Assembly: GCA_015068065.1 (NCBI GenBank)
Contig: SVLE01000001.1
Span: 3,428 to 67,427, forward strand
Length of the DNA: 64,000 nt
From: Oscillospiraceae bacterium
GTDB taxonomy: Bacteria; Bacillota; Clostridia; Oscillospirales; Oscillospiraceae
Direction of reading: 5' to 3'
The notes under the pieces are model-generated. The model was not told the DNA's origin. It made no database searches and saw only the letters and a program-made list of their open reading frames with translations. The translations under genes were made by a program, and so were the position numbers. Of the stretch, positions 8,500 through 18,508 are shown piece by piece. Position 1 is the first letter of the stretch. Each line of letters begins with the position of its first letter.

Positions 8500-9672
8500 T
8501 TAGTTGTTGATGTTCTGCACTTTGCCGCCAAGGATGACCGTGGAAACATTCATCTTGTGGTCGGTGATGATCAGGTCGGCCCGCTTGCCCACGGCGATCT
8601 CGCCGCGGTCGGTAAGACCAACTGCCTTTGCCGGATTGTAAGAGCCCACCTTAAACGCATCCACAATGGAGGCACCGGTGTGCTTCATCCAGTTACGGCA
8701 GGCCACATTCAGGGTCAGCTTGGAGCCGGAAATGTCGATGCCGCCGGATTTTCTGTAAGTAAAGTTCAGATCCGTGACGTGCTCAAGGCCGGGAACCAGC
8801 ATAGGCTCGTGGATCGTCTGATCGGAAATCAGGATGATTTTGTCATCGCCCTTGATCTTGCGAACCAGTCGTTGCATATAAGGATCCACATGGATACCCA
8901 TGCTGTCGGAGATGATCTCGGCATAGATACCGTCGTTGTAGTTGACGGCTTCGTCCACGCAGACACCGCGGCACTCAGGGTAGTTGACGATGGTGCCGGT
9001 GGCGTTGGTGTGGTGGGTGCCAATGCACAGACCGTAGGGCATGAGAGCTTCGATCTGCTGGGGGGTGGCCTCGGAATGGGTCACGGCAAAGCGCACCTCG
9101 GGGTTGGCGGCCTTGGCGGCCTTTACAAAGCGCTCCAGACCCCGCTCGGGAGCCAGACCCCACACGCGGATGATATCTGCACCGGCGGCAAGCAGGGGCT
9201 CATAATCTTCCGGAACGGGATCAAAAACGCGGGGCTGATTGGGGCCGGCCATGTTGGACATGGAGCCAAAGCCCGGGTTAATGTAGGGACCCTCCATATA
9301 GATACCGGCAATGATGGAACCCTCGGGGGCTTCCATTGCCTTGCGGATGCCATCGATCTGCTCCAGATAACCGGGCAGGGTACCGCGGGTGCTGGGGGTG
9401 GCGAGAATCGAGGTGGTGCCGCACTGCAGATGCTCCTGTGTCGCCTTTACCGGATCGTGGATAAAGCGAACGCCCGTGCCGGAATGGCAGTGGATGTCCA
9501 CAAGGCCGGGACCTACGTACAGGCCCTTGGCATCGATGATCTCACAGCCCTCGGGGATAGGAGTAGTGCGCATCTCGCCAAAACCGGCGATTTTGCCGTC
9601 CTCTACGAACAGAACGGCCTCGGGGATGAGGTGGTCACGCACGACCAGCTCGGCATTGATGATAGCAAGCAT
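8500..9672 (-). CDS. NagA-like amidohydrolase, paralog 1
   Basis: PGLVDIHCH, YMEGPY, THSEA, THHTNAT, ISDQ, GKRADLII; start at MLAIINAE with AAGGAG RBS, matching paralog 2. Confidence 0.8.
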   Translation of the reverse strand: MLAIINAELVVRDHLIPEAVLFVEDGKIAGFGEMRTTPIPEGCEIIDAKGLYVGPGLVDIHCHSGTGVRFIHDPVKATQEHLQCGTTSILATPSTRGTLPGYLEQIDGIRKAMEAPEGSIIAGIYMEGPYINPGFGSMSNMAGPNQPRVFDPVPEDYEPLLAAGADIIRVWGLAPERGLERFVKAAKAANPEVRFAVTHSEATPQQIEALMPYGLCIGTHHTNATGTIVNYPECRGVCVDEAVNYNDGIYAEIISDSMGIHVDPYMQRLVRKIKGDDKIILISDQTIHEPMLVPGLEHVTDLNFTYRKSGGIDISGSKLTLNVACRNWMKHTGASIVDAFKVGSYNPAKAVGLTDRGEIAVGKRADLIITDHKMNVSTVILGGKVQNINN

Positions 9673-9715
9673 AATAAGAACTCCTTTACGGCAGAAAGTG
9701 GGGGTGCGGTTGGGA

Positions 9716-10327
9716 TCAGCCAAAGATCATGCGGCCAAACGCCTCGGGCTGATGGAAGAAACAACGCCGGTCCATGGAGACGCGATTCCAGCTGATGGAG
9801 TGGGGGTTCTGGGTCTTGCCCCCGCACTTATAGCAGTTGACGCGCATGGCCTTGCCGGGTTCCGCCTTGAAGTCGGGGAAGAAGCGGCGGATGAAGTGAT
9901 AGGGGATCTGGAAGGTCAGTTCCCAGCCGCCGTCAAATTCGGTGACCTGAGGACGGAACTCATCGTTGTCCTCCTCCGGGACAAGGCGGACCAGATCGTC
10001 GATGCCGGAGCCGAAGCCCAGATAGCGGCAGCAGTTGGGGTTGTACTCAAGGTTGAAATAGCGCAGGTCTCCCTCCATGGGGCAGACAAAGAATTCCAGA
10101 CAGCTGTCCTCGCAGATTTCGTCCAGCAGGCCGGTCAGCTCCTTGCGCAGCACGGGCTCCAACGCCCGCTGGCGGATCAGCAGGGCGTCTTGGTTATAGG
10201 CGACCTGAGTCCAGGCGCGTACAGGGGTCTCATCCAACGCTCTGCGGTAGGAAACATCGAGCTCCAGAGCGGGAATAGAGTCCCAGTCGGGAGTCCCAGT
10301 GACTTTGGTCACGGTATAGGTTTTCAT
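9716..10327 (-). CDS. CBM9-like (DOMON-like) carbohydrate-binding protein, no signal peptide
   Basis: ICEDSCLEFF, RYFNLEYNP, WELTFQIP, NCYKCG, FHQPEAFG motifs; start MKTYTV after GAAAGGAG. Confidence 0.75.
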   Translation of the reverse strand: MKTYTVTKVTGTPDWDSIPALELDVSYRRALDETPVRAWTQVAYNQDALLIRQRALEPVLRKELTGLLDEICEDSCLEFFVCPMEGDLRYFNLEYNPNCCRYLGFGSGIDDLVRLVPEEDNDEFRPQVTEFDGGWELTFQIPYHFIRRFFPDFKAEPGKAMRVNCYKCGGKTQNPHSISWNRVSMDRRCFFHQPEAFGRMIFG

Positions 10328-10906
10328 GGCAAGACTCCTTTCGGTACAGCGGCGGATGTTATTTGCAGAATAGCACAAAAACAGGGCAAAAGCAAGGGTG
10401 GGCAGGGGTTGGTGACGCTGAAAACGCAACAGAAAATTGCCAAACTATGACAGAATATTGCTCTTCGAAAAAAGGAAAGTGGTGATAAAAGTATCGGCCC
10501 CCCTGGGGGTCAATTTTAGCAGAGGGGGTTACAGGGGGGGCAGTAGCGCGTCGGCTGTATCAGCCAGCATTTCGGTTGTGCCCGGGAGATAGCGATGTTG
10601 CGGGGTTCGTAGCAGCCGTTGGTCTGGCAGGAACTAAGGGTCAAGGGGATTTTGGAATTGGCCCGCACGTAGATGGGATCAAGCACATATCCCGCACGAC
10701 GTAATAGCTGCCGATGCGCACGCTCAGAGGCGGAGTGATATCCAACCGGGCAAGCTGGCGCTGCAAGCATTCATCGTCATGATACGCGGTTCTTTTGTTA
10801 CAAGAGGACTTGCGCGGTCAGGATAACATGAGCTGATGGGGGAAGCAACGGAAAAACGTGCGATCCTATACGAAAAAGGTGCAAATTGTTGTGGGAATAC
10901 GGGAAT

Positions 10907-10941
10907 AAAAAAGATGGCTCCGCCAGGCGGAGCCATCTTTT
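10907..10941. terminator. Intrinsic terminator after ABC permeases
   Basis: AAAAGATGGCTCCGCC-a-GGCGGAGCCATCTTTT. Confidence 0.8.
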
Positions 10942-10954
10942 GAAAACAGGGGTA

Positions 10955-11869
10955 TCAGCCCTTGACGGAGCCGATCATAACGCCGGACTTGAAGAACTTC
11001 TGGACGAAGGGGTAGGCGGCGATAATGGGAGCGGAGGAGACCACGATCAGAGCGTACTTGATCAGGTCGGCCATGCCGGCCATCTGAGCGATCAGCTCGG
11101 GATCGTTAATCTCAGAATAGTCGATCTTGGAGGCGGCCAGAATGTCGCGCAGGACGATCTGCAGGGGCTGCAGTTCGGGCTTGCGCAGATAGACCATGGC
11201 GGTGAAGTAGCTGTTCCAATGGCCGACGGCGTAGTACAGAGTGACCACGGCGAGCACGGACTTGGACAGGGGGAGCACGACGCTCCACAGGGTGCGCAGC
11301 TCGGAGCAGCCGTCGATGCGTGCGGCCTCGATCAACTCGCCGGGGATGCTGTTCTTGAAGTAGGTGCGGATGATGATCATGTTATAGGTGCTGATGCCGC
11401 CGATCAGGATCAGGGCCCAGCGGGTATTGGTCAGATGCAGGTTGCTCATCAGCAGATAGGTGGGGATCAGACCGGCAGAGAACATCATCAGGAACGTGAA
11501 CATTCCGGTGACCAGCTTTCTGCCCTGATAGTTGGGGCGGGACAGGGGGTAAGCCACCAGCACGGACAGAACCATGTTCAGGATGGTACCGAACACGGTG
11601 TAGAAAATGGTGTTGCCGAAGCCGGTCCAAACGCTCTTGTAGTTAAAGATGACCTTATAGCCCTGCAGGGAGAAATCCACGGGCCACAGCAGAACCTGGC
11701 CGCTGGAAACGGCAGCGCCGGAGGAGAAGGAGCAGGACAGAACGTAAATGATGGGATAGCCGACGATCAGCAGCAGCAGGACCAGAATGATATCAGTGGA
11801 AGCATACAGCAGCTTATCGTCCCAGGAGCGTTTTCTCTTGATTTTAATGTCGTGATGCTTTTTAGCCAT
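10955..11869 (-). CDS. Carbohydrate ABC transporter permease (LplC/YtcP type)
   Basis: EAA loop ELIEAARIDG; YYAVGHWNSYF; C-terminal YPFVQKFFKSGVMIGSVKG. Confidence 0.9.
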   Translation of the reverse strand: MAKKHHDIKIKRKRSWDDKLLYASTDIILVLLLLIVGYPIIYVLSCSFSSGAAVSSGQVLLWPVDFSLQGYKVIFNYKSVWTGFGNTIFYTVFGTILNMVLSVLVAYPLSRPNYQGRKLVTGMFTFLMMFSAGLIPTYLLMSNLHLTNTRWALILIGGISTYNMIIIRTYFKNSIPGELIEAARIDGCSELRTLWSVVLPLSKSVLAVVTLYYAVGHWNSYFTAMVYLRKPELQPLQIVLRDILAASKIDYSEINDPELIAQMAGMADLIKYALIVVSSAPIIAAYPFVQKFFKSGVMIGSVKG

Positions 11870-11887
11870 TTTCGTCCTCTCCTTTCC

Positions 11888-12871
11888 TTAGAACATACCC
11901 TGTTCGCCGTTGGTAAGCTTATTCACGATGGCGTTTACCAACAGCAGCATGGTGGTGTTGATCACGGAGTTGAACAGGTCGATGGCGGAGGCGTAGGACA
12001 TCTGCATCTTAGTCAAACCTGTTTTGTAAACGTAAGTAGAGATCACTTCGGAGGTGGACAGGTTCAGGTCGTTCTGCATCAGATAGACCTTTTCGTAGCC
12101 CACGGTCATAATGGTGCCGAAGCGCATGATCAGCATGATGGAAACGGTGGGCATGATGGCGGGCAGGTCCACATTCAGCACGCGCTTCCAGCGGCTGGCA
12201 CCGTCCAGCTCGGCGGCTTCGTGCAGCTCGTGGGACACGCCGGAAAGGGCGGCTACATAAATAATGGTATTCCAGCCCATCTGCTGCCACACGCCGGACC
12301 AAACGAACAGGTGAGGGAACGTGCCGGCGCTGGCGCGGATGTCGGGGGCAACGCCGATACCGCCAAACATATGGTAGAAGGTACCAACAACGCCGCACAC
12401 GGGATTCAGAATCTGGTTGATGATACCTACCAGAACCACGACGGAAATGAAGTGGGGCATGTAGGCCACGTTCTGAGTAACCTTCTTCAGTACCTTGCGC
12501 TCACTGACATGGAGCATCAGCGCCAGAATGACGGGAATGGGGAAACCGACCAGCACCGAATAGATAGAGATGATCAGGGTATTGGAAATGATCTGTCCGA
12601 AGTTGTAGGCCTCGAAGAACGTGATGAAGTGCTTAAAGCCGACCCACTCGCTTCCCCAGATACCTGCACGGGGTTTGAAATCCTTGAAAGCGATCTGCAG
12701 ACCGTACATAGGAACGTAACGGAAGAGCAGAATGTAGGCTACGGGCAACAGGCACAGCAGATGCAGCTGCCAGTTCTTGCGGAACCGCACCAGAAATTTG
12801 TGGAAACCACTCTGGTTTTTCTCGAGGGCCAGAGCGCTGGGCGCGGCAGGGGTGGTTTGCGTTGTTTTCAT
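11888..12871 (-). CDS. Carbohydrate ABC transporter permease (LplB/YteP type)
   Basis: YVPMYGLQIAFKDF, YMPHFISVVV, ELHEAAELDGA; start at MKTTQ with GAAAGGA RBS (ORF track start is overextended). Confidence 0.9.
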   Translation of the reverse strand: MKTTQTTPAAPSALALEKNQSGFHKFLVRFRKNWQLHLLCLLPVAYILLFRYVPMYGLQIAFKDFKPRAGIWGSEWVGFKHFITFFEAYNFGQIISNTLIISIYSVLVGFPIPVILALMLHVSERKVLKKVTQNVAYMPHFISVVVLVGIINQILNPVCGVVGTFYHMFGGIGVAPDIRASAGTFPHLFVWSGVWQQMGWNTIIYVAALSGVSHELHEAAELDGASRWKRVLNVDLPAIMPTVSIMLIMRFGTIMTVGYEKVYLMQNDLNLSTSEVISTYVYKTGLTKMQMSYASAIDLFNSVINTTMLLLVNAIVNKLTNGEQGMF

Positions 12872-13392
12872 GCGCGAACTTCCTTTCGTGTGGTTTGCTT
12901 CCCACTGTTTGGGGTTTTGTCCCATTTTGCAGCGGCGTACAGACAGAATGGGAAAACATACATCCATACAACATATTTTAATCCCGGAGCGGTCAAAATG
13001 CAAGAGGCGAAGGAGCATTTTTTTGTGCATTTGGAACAAGTCACAAGAAGAGGAATATGTTGTGGCCTTGCCCCCGGGGAGCGTGCATATGATGTGTACA
13101 CTTCGGACCGGAGGTGAGTGCGGGGAAGGAATAAGCGTGTGCAAAAAGCGATTTTTCCTGCATATGGTGAATATGACAGAGAAAACCGGATTCTGCACAC
13201 CGTTTTCATTCACATTCTAAAACAAAACGGGGAATAAGACAACAAGCAATCTGGCAAATTCACTTGCATTTTCCGCACAGACTGGCAAAAAAGAAGAAAA
13301 CTGGCGAAAATGGCATTGCAAATTCGGCCAGTCACAACTTATAATAGAAGTGAAAAATGACAGAAATCCACTGTGCAAAAAGGAGAGAGAGT

Positions 13393-15510
13393 ATGAGAAG
13401 AAGGATTCGGCAGCGGATATCCAGGCTGTCGCTGTTTTGGCGGTATTTTTTCCTGCTGGTAACAGTGGTTCTTGTTTTTGTGATAGCATTTACCGAGGCG
13501 ACCCGGCAATTTACAGGAACACTGCGCGATTCCTATCAGGAACAGGTACAAAGCAGCTTTGAGAAAAATGCCGAGCTGTTTGCCAGAGATCTGGCCCTGT
13601 TTCACTCCTTGCCTATGGCTATGGAGGACACAGAATACTATTTTGACGTAGCCCACAAAAGTGTGCAGGAGGTCCCGCAGTACATCTTTCGTTTGTCTGA
13701 CTTCAAAAATTCCTTCGTGCTGCAGTGTCAGTTGCTGGACTTGCCCTCGGAGGGCTTCGTGTACTTCAGGGACAGTCAGGCCTGCGTGACCCGCAAGCGC
13801 ATTTTTACTGACGTAAAGAATTGTTTTGAATCTTATGTTATATACAGTAATGGTACCGCTGTGCCGGAATTACTTCGTGAGGGAGAACTGTCCATTGGAT
13901 ACCGGCTGCTCCCGGCAGAGGAGGTGTCTGTGGGGGGGCAGACAGATGTGTGCCTGACCATGCTGGTCCAGTCTGCGGGAAGAGAAGCGGTTTACGGATT
14001 CCTCTATCCGGTAGAGAGCCTGCTGGAATTTTTTCAGATCAATGCTCTGCCGGCGGATACCCGTTTCGAGTTGACTCGCGCGGACGGAGTGGTTCTCTAT
14101 GCCTATGGCGACAGGGCACAGGCGCGTGGGGATGATATCCGGCTGACTTGTGAACTGCCGGCCTTGTCCAGTACGGCTGTGATCAGCATCCCGGGTGCTT
14201 ATTTCAAAGCTACCGTGAGTCGGGATCAAACGGCGGCGCAGATCATCTTTTTTCTGTCCGTGATGATAGGTATTGCTCTGTGCTTCCTGTTTTCCCACAT
14301 CAGTGCCAAACCCATACGGCAGCTGATTCGCAGCCATGCTGCTGACCCGGATGCTCCGGTGAATGAGCTGATGGCCATTGACAGTGCACTGAAAAATGCC
14401 AAGGAGAAGACTGTGGCGCTGAGCGGGATGCTCATGTCCAGCCTGCTGGTGCGGGCCTTTTCCGGATTAACGATACCGGAGGAAGAATACCGGAAAATTT
14501 CAGCTGCGTTCCCGGTGTTTGCAAACGCTCTGCGTGTGGCCATTGTGCGGGATCGGAGCACAGAGACTGACGGGGAAGAAGAGAATGCGGGCATCAACCG
14601 TCTGAGACTGGCGCTTCCGGAAGAATTTTTGTGTGAATACGTAAATCTTCAGGAAACAGTGGTCCTTTTTCCGGACAGAGAGAAGCTGTGCGAGCAGCTT
14701 CAGGAGGTGGTGCTGGAACTGAACGCGGGCGCGGAGCGGGATGTGCGTTTTGTGTGCGGGGTCAGCGAACCCTTTGCCGGAGCGGAACATATCAGTCAGG
14801 CCATCCGGCAGGCGCAGTTCTGTCTGCCCGAGAACGGTGAACGGGTGCTGGTGCAGATGGCTCAGGACGAGGAACAGGGAGCCGCGGCGGAGGGGATGGA
14901 TCTGATGCAGCTGCAGCAGGCGCTCACCTGCTGGAACCGGCAGGAAGCATTGGCACAGATCGAACAGATTGCAGCCTTTGTGGGCAGAAACAGTGCGGTG
15001 CGGCCTCAGGAGCTGTTTTACAGCGCGCTGTTCCTGCTGCGAGACAGTGCCAATTCGGCCAGATTGTCTTTTGATGAGTATGAGCACATGACCTATCAAC
15101 CCACCAGCTCTCCTGTGGCCAATCTGCGCAGGCTGAAAGGGGTCGTCAATGACCTGTTTGAGCAAAAAGCGGCCGTGCAGATGACGGACAAGCAAGTGCT
15201 GTGCGATGAAATTGTTCAGTATGTGAAGAACAATTACTCGGATCCGGATCTGTGCATGGCATCTCTTGCCAAGCAGTTCTTTGTCTCCGAACGGTTTGTA
15301 TACAACGCCGTGCAGGAAACTACGGGTATGAATGTGAGCGCCCTGCTGCTGCAGTGCCGCATGCAGGAGGCGGCACGGCTGCTGCGCGACACGCAAGAGA
15401 ATGTGGGGGGCGTTGCCCAGAAGTGCGGCTATCCCGTGGAAAGTACATTTTACCGCAATTTCAAAAAGTATTACCATATGACCCCGGCGGAGTATAAAAG
15501 CGCCCACTGA
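13393..15510 (+). CDS. Membrane-anchored AraC-family regulator (YesS/YtdP-like)
   Basis: Two TM helices flanking an extracellular domain; C-terminal AraC HTH (RMQEAARLL...VAQKCGY...FYRNFKKYYHMTPAEY). Confidence 0.85.
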   Translation: MRRRIRQRISRLSLFWRYFFLLVTVVLVFVIAFTEATRQFTGTLRDSYQEQVQSSFEKNAELFARDLALFHSLPMAMEDTEYYFDVAHKSVQEVPQYIFRLSDFKNSFVLQCQLLDLPSEGFVYFRDSQACVTRKRIFTDVKNCFESYVIYSNGTAVPELLREGELSIGYRLLPAEEVSVGGQTDVCLTMLVQSAGREAVYGFLYPVESLLEFFQINALPADTRFELTRADGVVLYAYGDRAQARGDDIRLTCELPALSSTAVISIPGAYFKATVSRDQTAAQIIFFLSVMIGIALCFLFSHISAKPIRQLIRSHAADPDAPVNELMAIDSALKNAKEKTVALSGMLMSSLLVRAFSGLTIPEEEYRKISAAFPVFANALRVAIVRDRSTETDGEEENAGINRLRLALPEEFLCEYVNLQETVVLFPDREKLCEQLQEVVLELNAGAERDVRFVCGVSEPFAGAEHISQAIRQAQFCLPENGERVLVQMAQDEEQGAAAEGMDLMQLQQALTCWNRQEALAQIEQIAAFVGRNSAVRPQELFYSALFLLRDSANSARLSFDEYEHMTYQPTSSPVANLRRLKGVVNDLFEQKAAVQMTDKQVLCDEIVQYVKNNYSDPDLCMASLAKQFFVSERFVYNAVQETTGMNVSALLLQCRMQEAARLLRDTQENVGGVAQKCGYPVESTFYRNFKKYYHMTPAEYKSAH

Positions 15511-15524
15511 AGAAAGGAAACACC

Positions 15525-16172
15525 ATGAAAAACATTTTATCTTATGATTCCAAGCTTATGATTATGCTGGAGGGTTTGGCGAACACCATGCTGCTGAACA
15601 TCCTGTTTCTGATCTGCTGTGTGCCGGTGGTCACCATCGGCGCAGCATTTACGGCCCTGTTCGGCGCCTGTCGGGCGCTGATGAATGATGAACCCTGCTT
15701 CCGGGCCTTTTTCCGGGGGCTGCGATCCGGATTCAAGCGGTCTACTCTGGCGTGGCTTATTCAGGGACCCGTGCTGGCTGTGCTGGCGCTGACGGCCCAC
15801 TCTGTCTGGGTGTATATGAACGCAGGAGTAAAAATGGGCATGTTTACCCTGATTGTAGCGCTGGTTGGGCTGGTGATCGCACTGGCGGTCACTATGATGA
15901 CCTATCTGTTTTATTCCCGGTTTGAGTGCAGCCTGTGGCAGTTGCTGAAAAACGGACTGTTTATGACCCTGGCCTATTTTATCCGTGCAGTCATCATCGG
16001 CCTGTTCAACTGGGCGCCGGTTATTATGTTCTTTTTGGTGCCGTATACGTTTTTGCGCCTGTCCATCGTGTTTGTGGTTTTGTGGTTCGGCGTGTCGGCC
16101 AGTCTGTCCGTCTGGCTGATGAAAAAGCCCTTTGCCTCACTGGAACAGGCGGCGCGAGGGGCGGAAACCTGA
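15525..16172 (+). CDS. YesL/DUF624 membrane protein
   Basis: LNILFLICCVPVVTIGAAFTAL signature; usual partner of sugar ABC clusters. Confidence 0.85.
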   Translation: MKNILSYDSKLMIMLEGLANTMLLNILFLICCVPVVTIGAAFTALFGACRALMNDEPCFRAFFRGLRSGFKRSTLAWLIQGPVLAVLALTAHSVWVYMNAGVKMGMFTLIVALVGLVIALAVTMMTYLFYSRFECSLWQLLKNGLFMTLAYFIRAVIIGLFNWAPVIMFFLVPYTFLRLSIVFVVLWFGVSASLSVWLMKKPFASLEQAARGAET

Positions 16173-16229
16173 GCGCGGGAGCCAAATAACATTTAAGTCA
16201 TGTGACCGACTGCGGAGAGGAGAGAAAGC

Positions 16230-17609
16230 ATGGCGCGAAAGAAAACGGCAACCGGAGTGATCACCTGGGCGGTCATCGTTCTGACAGTGGTGCTGTTTTT
16301 CTATACCCTGCGTGCTATCAGCGGTGAAACACAGTACAGCTATTATACCGTTGCTTCGGTATTTGTAGAGCTGATGTTTATCCTGTTGAGTGCGTCCACC
16401 TATCTGGATATTCTGCGAGGCAGCCGGACCAGACGGATGTTCGTACAGCTGTTTTTGTGGATGATTGCTATTGTCAGCATAGGAATGCTGGGTGATGTGT
16501 TTGCCTGGGGAATTGGCATGGAACGGTTCGGGTGGGCGCCCTTTACCCGTTGGATGGGAGCGTTTTTGCGAGATGCCATGGGCTTTCCGCTGATCGTCGT
16601 GTACAGCACCTATCTGATCAGCTATATCAATCAGGATCCGCAGGTGCTCTCTCGATATGCGTGGCTGGTGGGTGGTCTGTGTGCCGACGGGCTGATTTTG
16701 GTCGTTATTGCCCAGTTTACCGCCGTGAGTGAGGCCCAGACGTGGTACTTATGGGACTATCCATGGCTCTTTTTGTTTTTTTTGGCACTGCCCATGGCCG
16801 TGAATATCGGCATCATCTTTTATTTCCGAAAGGCGCTGACCAACCGGAAGGCTATTACCTTTATTTTATATGAACTGCTGGTGCTGCTGGCGGTGATGGT
16901 GGATATTTTGGTGGAGGAGATGACGCTGGCTTATGCCATGGCAGCCTTTGCCCTGCTTCGTATTTACATCAGCGTACAATTGGAATACGAAAAGCAGCAG
17001 GAGGAACAGTTGGTGCAGCAACGCATCTCCATCATGCTCAGCCAAATCCGTCCTCACTTTCTCTATAATGTCCTGACCGGGATACGGACCCTGTGTCGTG
17101 AGGCTCCACCGAAAGCGGAAGAAGCGCTGCTGGAGTTTACCAGCTATCTGCGGGCGAACCTGAATTCGCTGACAACTGAGGAATGCATACCCTTTGTTCG
17201 GGAACTGGAACATACCCGGCACTATATTCAATTGGAAAAGATGCGCTATGGGGATGATCTGAAGGTAGAATTTCACATCGGTGCAGACCAGTTTTCAATC
17301 CCAGCCCTGACGCTGGAACCTATTGTGGAAAATGCGGTAAGGCATGGAGTGATGCAGCGGGAGCAGGGAGGAACGATCACCATTCAAACTTCCGCCGGAC
17401 CGGATGGATGGCGCATTACGGTGACGGATGATGGCGTGGGCTTTGACACACAGGCGCTGGACGGAAGTGGGACGGTGCATGTGGGGATGTCCAATGTCCG
17501 GGAGAGATTGAGCGCGATGTGCGGCGGCACACTGAGGGTGTCGTCCGTGCCCGGTGCGGGCACACAGGTGGAACTGTTTATTCCGCGGCAAGAGGTGGAG
17601 GAAGAATGA
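16230..17609 (+). CDS. Sensor histidine kinase (LytS/YesM-type kinase core, multi-TM sensor)
   Basis: SQIRPHFLYNVL H-box, PIVENAVRHG N-box, DDGVGF; about 8 N-terminal hydrophobic segments. Confidence 0.9.
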   Translation: MARKKTATGVITWAVIVLTVVLFFYTLRAISGETQYSYYTVASVFVELMFILLSASTYLDILRGSRTRRMFVQLFLWMIAIVSIGMLGDVFAWGIGMERFGWAPFTRWMGAFLRDAMGFPLIVVYSTYLISYINQDPQVLSRYAWLVGGLCADGLILVVIAQFTAVSEAQTWYLWDYPWLFLFFLALPMAVNIGIIFYFRKALTNRKAITFILYELLVLLAVMVDILVEEMTLAYAMAAFALLRIYISVQLEYEKQQEEQLVQQRISIMLSQIRPHFLYNVLTGIRTLCREAPPKAEEALLEFTSYLRANLNSLTTEECIPFVRELEHTRHYIQLEKMRYGDDLKVEFHIGADQFSIPALTLEPIVENAVRHGVMQREQGGTITIQTSAGPDGWRITVTDDGVGFDTQALDGSGTVHVGMSNVRERLSAMCGGTLRVSSVPGAGTQVELFIPRQEVEEE

Positions 17610-18439
17610 AACGTCGGTTTTTGGCGGTGGACGATGAGCGCCTGGCGCTGGCAGACATGACAAACGCATTGGAACGGGCTTGTCCGGATGGAGAGATCAG
17701 CGCGTTCACATCGCCCACAGCGGCGCTGGAGGCAGTGCGGGCCGGCCGCATCCGACCGGAGGTGGCCTTCCTTGATATTCAGATGCGCGGTTGGACCGGA
17801 CTGCAGTTAGCCACGGAACTGCGCAGACTGCAGCCGGAGATCGAGGTGGTTTTTGTTACTGCGTTTTCTCAATATGCGCTGGAGTCCTATGCGCTGCATG
17901 CCAGAGGATACTTACTAAAGCCTGTGACCGAACAAGCAGTTCGGGAGGAACTGGATGTGATTAACGGAACGGTTCGCAGCACCGGAGACCCTAAGGTGCT
18001 GCAGGTGAACTGTTTTGGCAACTTTGAAGTGTTCCGGGCGGGGACGCCGTTGGTTTTTCCCCGGGCAAAGGCGAAGGAGTTGTTCGCGTATCTGGTTTGC
18101 CGCAACGGAGCGGGTTGCACCACCAGAGAGATCGCCGCCGCCCTTTTCGAAGACAGGGAGTATGACAGCTCCCTGAAGAATCAGATGGAGACATTCAAGT
18201 CAAGCCTTATGAAATGCCTGCGGGAGGCCGGCTGCGAGGATGTTGTTGTGAAAAGCCATAATTCCATTGGAGTTGTGCCGGAAAAGCTGGATTGTGACTA
18301 TTACCGTTTTCTGGCGGGAGAGGCGAAAGCGTTGGCTGCGTTTGCCGGGGAATTTATGGGCCAATACAGCTGGGCAGAACCGACTGCAGGGGCGCTGACG
18401 CAAGTGACGATGTCATCTCTTGCAGAAAATGGGGGATAA
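17606..18439 (+). CDS. Response regulator, REC plus SARP-type winged-helix output (COG3947-like)
   Basis: AVDDE, FLDIQM, FVTAF, YLLKP receiver; LQVNCFGNFEV...KAKELFAYLV output; ATGA overlap with the kinase stop. Confidence 0.85.
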   Translation: MKRRFLAVDDERLALADMTNALERACPDGEISAFTSPTAALEAVRAGRIRPEVAFLDIQMRGWTGLQLATELRRLQPEIEVVFVTAFSQYALESYALHARGYLLKPVTEQAVREELDVINGTVRSTGDPKVLQVNCFGNFEVFRAGTPLVFPRAKAKELFAYLVCRNGAGCTTREIAAALFEDREYDSSLKNQMETFKSSLMKCLREAGCEDVVVKSHNSIGVVPEKLDCDYYRFLAGEAKALAAFAGEFMGQYSWAEPTAGALTQVTMSSLAENGG

Positions 18440-18475
18440 ACATACTAAAAGAAGCTGGAAATGAATCCTGGGATT

Positions 18476-18508
18476 GTTGTCCTTTCGTTGTCCTTGTGGT
18501 GCTATAAT
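18476..18508 (+). promoter_or_regulatory. Extended -10 promoter with an 11-bp-period direct repeat in place of a -35
   Basis: GTTGTCCTT at 18476-84 and 18487-95; TGcTATAAT at 18500-08. Confidence 0.6.

Noticed and set aside
7711-9795. 694-aa plus-strand ORF with an internal repeat
   Set aside because: Antisense shadow of the two NagA-like paralogs, which share a frame (starts differ by 1188 nt); the repeat mirrors the duplication
10886-13117. 743-aa plus-strand ORF, and similar long ORFs at 5634-7214, 18577-20262, 25675-27225, 37855-40053 and 51552-53327
   Set aside because: All lie antisense to well-supported genes in GC-rich, codon-biased DNA and show no recognisable domains
12900-13340. 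Several TGCA-containing partial palindromes (e.g. TTGTGCATTTGGAACAA, 13023-39) in the divergent promoter region
   Set aside because: Too degenerate to define a motif by eye; could be operators but not supportable without alignment
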